DNA of 14,169 nucleotides from Octopus sinensis (Eukaryota). Positions 9,883-14,169 of the stretch are shown here, piece by piece. The stretch is from assembly GCF_006345805.1 (NCBI RefSeq), contig NW_021825875.1, forward strand, positions 1-14,169, given 5' to 3'. Position 1 is the first letter of the stretch. Every line of letters begins with the position of its first letter. The notes beneath the pieces are model-generated. The model did not search any database. It was not told the DNA's origin and was given only the letters and a program-made list of their open reading frames with translations. The position numbers and the translations under genes are program-made.

Positions 9883-10409
9883 TGTATATTAAAAATTGGG
9901 GGTGGTTTATGGGATTACTCTGGGTTTCCCATTCATAAAGGTTTTAGCTTTGTACCGTTTCGTAAGACCCTGTTAGCCTAAGACCTCTTCAAAATATGGA
10001 AGGGGAAAAGCCTGGGATTTACGTTTTGTGCAAACGATCCTTTTCAGCTCCCTGGCAAGAGATTATCCCAGTGACCATGTGGTTCCTGTTAAATATCTCA
10101 CCATTGAAGTGTTTCTACATATTCACTGAAACCAGGAGTCTCCCATAAATATGAAAGAATTTGACCTCGGACACTCGAGCAATAACATCCCCACGTCATC
10201 CAACGAACTATACACCCGTATGCAGCTGGAAAAGCTATTGGACGCGATTAGGCGTATGAGGTGAAGGGCTTTTCCAACCTCCATATTTGGAAGAGGTCTT
10301 AGGCCAACAGGTTTTGGGGTCTAATGATACGCCCTGAAGCTAAATCCTTTTTGGACCGGAAACCAAGGATAATCCCGGAAACCGGCCTTCCCCAGTTTTA
10401 AAATATACA
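9883..10409. mobile_element. Fold-back / MITE-like element with ~130-140 bp imperfect terminal inverted repeats
   Basis: The left arm (9883-10012) is the reverse complement of the right arm (10267-10409). The core 9970-10000 versus 10280-10310 matches at 29/31. The spacer is about 254 bp with no coding signal. No TSD could be defined. Confidence 0.72.
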
Positions 10410-10569
10410 CTGCTCTGCATCTTAGAGTGTGCTTCTTCTCCGGATTTATCTTTTCTACAATCAAAACATATATATACATAGATATGTCATTATTCAGTTT
10501 ATTTCCAGATATTCTATTTTTCACTTTACGTCAACATCCGCTGGACAGCTAAACTATGCACAGTTTCTC

Positions 10570-10653
10570 TATGTATGTATGTATGTATGTATGTATGTAT
10601 GTATGTATGTATGTATGTATGTATGTATGTATGTATATATGTGTATGTATGTA

Positions 10654-10697
<44 letters not shown>

Positions 10698-10750
10698 TGT
10701 GTGTGTGTGTACCACGTCTGTCATCTGCACACACACACATACACACACGT
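10570..10750. repeat. (TATG)n/(TG)n/(CA)n compound microsatellite
   Basis: Read directly. Confidence 0.92.
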
Positions 10751-11672
10751 ATGATATAATTTTCACTTAGTCTACCTCAGGAATTTCACGGTTTTTTGAG
10801 TTTTATTACAAATGGGGGATTGGGAAATGGAGTATTGACCCATTTTGCATCGGACACTTGTGGGTTGGATACTGTATAATTGGATGTGTTGCATCTTCCG
10901 GTGCAGATGCATATCATCTGGTGTCTTGTTTTACAGAGGAAACCTCACAAAATATTCTCGGTTTCGCTTGGCATGATGTTGCCAGGAGGTTGTTGGCTAT
11001 AATGCTATAATCCAAGAACCTACTGACAACAACAACATACCAAGCGACACCGAGAACTTTCCCCACCGCAAGGAATCGATGCAACAGGGTCAAACCAATG
11101 GTTGTGATGGATAAATTTCTCGTGAACTTCATTTTACATATTCCTCATTCAACATATATATTTATATATCCAACAGTAATGTATATAAATCTCTCCCTCT
11201 CTCTCTCTCTCTCTCACTATATATATATATATTTATATTTGAGTGTGTCTCTGTGTATGTGTGTGTGCACGCGCATTAATTTCATGGTGGTGGACACTAA
11301 CCACCTCAACAGTTTTATGAACTTCTTATTAATTATAGCAACATCAAAAGTATACTTTAGAAATTTTGATTCTTCTTTACTAGTCTTGATCTGTTAATCA
11401 TGTGTTCACTCGTGTTCAGCTCCCCTAAAACTTACTATAGTTAGGAAGAAAGGTAGATTAAGCTGAAACAATCTATTTAGGACATCTTTATCCTGTCAAG
11501 AACACATTCTCATAGCAACATCTAGAGGATCTTACGAAGGTTGATTTTACGGGCAAACATCAAATGTACATGATCAGTTTGATCAAGTATACAGTAGAAG
11601 ACAATAATGACACATTGATATCCATCCTGATTTTCATGTAAATTTTCATTTTCTATTTTTACTTCCACAAAG

Positions 11673-11882
11673 GGTTCTGTTCAGTTGGATATTCAAAACA
11701 ATCAGAAAAGGACACCATTGCTTGAAGCCGTTTCCCAGGGTCACCTCGGAATGACACACAAGCTTATAGCCCTGGGTGCAAACATAAATGCTGTTGATGG
11801 TGAAGGTAACAGCTGTTTGCACCTGGCCGTGGAAAGAGAAGTGTTTGATTCCGAGGATGCACCCTTGGATTTACTAAACGAA
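11673..11882 (+). CDS. Exon E (210 nt) of the ankyrin-repeat gene; repeats 5-6
   Basis: Acceptor ttttacttccacaaAG (11671-11672) and donor GTaagt at 11883. Translates GSVQLDIQNNQKRTPLLEAVSQGHLGMTHKLIALGANINAVDGEGNSCLHLAVEREVFDSEDAPLDLLNE. Phase 0 to phase 0. Confidence 0.92.
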
Positions 11883-11903
11883 GTAAGTTTTTAAATTGTT
11901 TGC

Positions 11904-11904
11904 G

Positions 11905-11937
<33 letters not shown>

Positions 11938-11998
11938 TCGTGTGTCTGTGTGTGTCTGTGTGAATTTGTGTATTTGTGAGTCTTTGTGTGAGTGTGAG
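11904..11998. repeat. (TA)n/(TG)n microsatellite
   Basis: Read directly, just 3' of the exon E donor. Confidence 0.85.
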
Positions 11999-12511
11999 AA
12001 GAGACAGACAAGCAGACAAACTTTGGTTGTCATGTATCAATTCTCCCCTATCAACCCCATCCTCCATTACCATTCCGTGATCCAGTCTCCCCTTGTGACC
12101 CGAGTGATATTATGTAACAAACAATATTCCATCTCCTTTCACTCTCAAAGATGTCGTCTCACCACGGTCGAGAGGTGACCCATCTCGGTTGTTGGCCATA
12201 TAAACACAGCCATCACAATGTGACGGAGAAGTGGCCTATTTAAAAGAGGAGATATTATTCTCAATTAACAATGATGCAGGATAGAAGAGATGTCTGAGCT
12301 TTATAGTGCTGGTGCCATGGTAAATACATCCAGTCCATTCTATGAAGAATTCTGAGTGAAACTGCTCTCTATCCTACTTCTTGTACACGACATGAATCCA
12401 CTGACTTCTTGTGGACATGTCATAACAATGTTCAATGTTAAAACACTAGAGAATGAATACAATAAAGCATGGTCCTTAGTGAGTTTTCCAGTATTTAAGT
12501 TCTGTACTTAG

Positions 12512-12512
<1 letters not shown>

Positions 12513-12564
<52 letters not shown>

Positions 12565-12609
12565 ACACACACACAAACTCACACACATCACACAGACAAC
12601 ACACACACA
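12513..12609. repeat. (CA)n microsatellite
   Basis: Read directly. Confidence 0.95.
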
Positions 12610-12722
12610 AGTAATGATTTTGAGTTTGAGTATATATCTTGTAAAATGCTGTTTAAAGCCCGTTTACTGTATTCGGCTATCTGATGTCATCAACAGTATG
12701 GACTTCAATACTACTGGACTTT

Positions 12723-12930
12723 TTGCTGTCATCTCATAAATGAAGCAGTTTTTTATAATCCTATATTTTTCAAAATTAAGATAAACAAAGTACTTTTTTC
12801 TGTTAATCTAAAACATATTCTCCTTCATTTCTACAATGCTCTTCCATCTATCTGGTAGACTTGCAAGTCGCCTCTTCCAAAATTCACTTGTCCGTGATTA
12901 AAAATACTCCTCCATTACTCTTCTGACTTG
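12723..12930 (-). mobile_element. Mariner (Tc1/mariner) transposon 3'-end remnant: pseudogenised transposase C-terminus plus putative TIR
   Basis: The minus strand reads QVRRVMEEYF*SRTSEFWKRRLASLPDRWKSIVE, then a 1-nt frameshift, then EGEYVLD* (stop at 12803-12805). This fits the mariner C-terminal pattern F-[YW]-x-x-G-I-x-x-L-x-x-R-W-x6-G-x-Y. ttgctgtcatctcataaatgaagcagtttttt (12723-12754) resembles a degenerate mariner TIR. Confidence 0.72.
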
Positions 12931-13510
12931 ACACTAATTCCTGCTTCCTTTACTTTACCGTCATCATTCAAAGATGCTTCTTGCTTAATTATGGAAACAT
13001 TATTGATATGTTTGGTCATGTCTGTGTGGTATTGACTTTGTTATGTTATAGGTGTTTTTGTTTCTGATATAACTTATGTTCTTTCTTCTCATGTTGTGTT
13101 ATATTTATATATACAATACTCTTTCTTATGGCCACATGCTCGCCTTTATCAAGCCAATTATATAGGTTGGTTCTTGTTGGTTTGTTCTTCCTATATTTGA
13201 CTTTTCTATTGAATATATTGACAAGTAAATATTTACTCATTAATAAGCTTGATGTTAATCAATACAGTTTGTCCTGCTCAATGTAATGACAATATATTTA
13301 GAGAGTGTCTCAGTGTTGAAAGCAAAGTAAAAACATGAAAATGGAAATGGACTCAATTAAAGAATATGTAGGAACTCAATACTTTGTAATTGCTTTAATT
13401 GGTGGATAAATAACCTATGAGTAAATTTAGATGAACTTTTGTGTAATTAGGGGCATTTGCTTTGAATATTTGTGTAATATTGTCATCATTTTATATTTCA
13501 TCATTTGTAG

Positions 13511-13686
13511 TGCTGCACTTCCCTTAACCTGAAAATAGAAGAAAGGCTCTCTGGTATAGTGGTTGCGAGATATCTCGCCAGCCAGGGAGCGGACTTTCAC
13601 CATAAAAACAACAAAAATAACACACCATTGGACCTCATTAAGGACCCAAATTTGAGAAAAAAATTAGAAGCATTTTTACCACCACA
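13511..13686 (+). CDS. Exon F (176 nt) of the ankyrin-repeat gene; last ankyrin repeat in the window
   Basis: Acceptor tttcatcatttgtAG (13509-13510) and donor GTaagt at 13687. Translates CCTSLNLKIEERLSGIVVARYLASQGADFHHKNNKNNTPLDLIKDPNLRKKLEAFLPP. The YLASQGAD...NNTPLDL segment resembles the terminal ankyrin repeat of MIB proteins as I recall it. Not in the ORF track. Confidence 0.9.
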
Positions 13687-14169
13687 GTAAGTATTTCCTG
13701 GCAATGGAACAGATAAACCAGTACATTTTCTATTTTGTATATAATCATATTTATATGTTTATTTCGTTTTAATTCTACCCATACATTATACTGTCGCTAG
13801 TGTTTTTGTCAAAGGCCACACAATAAACAATATGCAGTTCTCAGGAGATCAAAGAAAGAAAATGATTTTGATTACATTCACATGATTCGTAGTGTTGACA
13901 TTTATACTTCACTGTCCCACCCCCAACCTACCCCTCTTCGTTCCCTATTTTAAAGATTTGTGATCATAGGAAAATATAGATCTAAATAATGAAGTGAATG
14001 AATTCCATTTTGAGACTGTTACTTAGAAATAAGTGGAATTTATCTGTCTACCAACATCTTTTTCTCACTCTTCTATGTCCGAATCAGTCAATATTACGAA
14101 TGATTTCATAGAAAAATAACCTACAAACACACACACAACAGCGCATATATTATATTTCTGCAAATACTG

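Noticed and set aside
10770-11140. Higher-complexity stretch with possible acceptors (cctcAG, ttttacAG), considered as the missing ankyrin exons
   Set aside because: All + frames hit stops quickly and none shows TPLH-type motifs. I did not recognise the minus-strand ORF 10914-11132.
2230-12178. ORFs rich in YI, CV, HT, LSIY or MYVC dipeptides and tetrapeptides
   Set aside because: Translations of (TA)n, (TG)n, (CA)n, (TCTA)n and (TATG)n microsatellites.
13687-14169. Search for a following RING-finger exon
   Set aside because: No phase-2 acceptor followed by a Cys/His RING pattern was found. The next exon presumably lies beyond the window.

Overview
Eukaryotic, intron-rich and microsatellite-dense genomic DNA. 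From the repeat content it is most likely an octopus or other coleoid cephalopod; this is inference. The ORF track is dominated by spurious ORFs from simple repeats. The real coding content is a + strand, six-exon internal segment (780 nt, about 260 codons) of an ankyrin-repeat gene: 240-395, 1840-1885, 4150-4304, 8586-8622, 11673-11882 and 13511-13686. All junctions are GT-AG and phase-compatible. The spliced product is xLINLLMVGTTPLMIASQVGADRRIIDILIKAGPELEAKDFGGQTALHWAVYGDQPHAVEILLSRGCDVNPRDEDGRTPLYLACWWGYLHIVDILLGHNGIDANVVDNDGDTPLHLAVQRCKYKVVSVMLKQGSVQLDIQNNQKRTPLLEAVSQGHLGMTHKLIALGANINAVDGEGNSCLHLAVEREVFDSEDAPLDLLNECCTSLNLKIEERLSGIVVARYLASQGADFHHKNNKNNTPLDLIKDPNLRKKLEAFLPP. It resembles the ankyrin region of Mind bomb (MIB1/MIB2) E3 ligases but shows 7 repeats instead of 9. 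The gene start and end lie outside the window. The introns contain two large degenerate (GAT)n arrays with higher-order structure, two tandem tRNA-derived SINE-like elements plus fragments, a ~530 bp fold-back MITE-like element, a mariner 3' remnant and many microsatellites. I see no convincing novel biological system. The most interesting points concern gene and repeat architecture and are modest.
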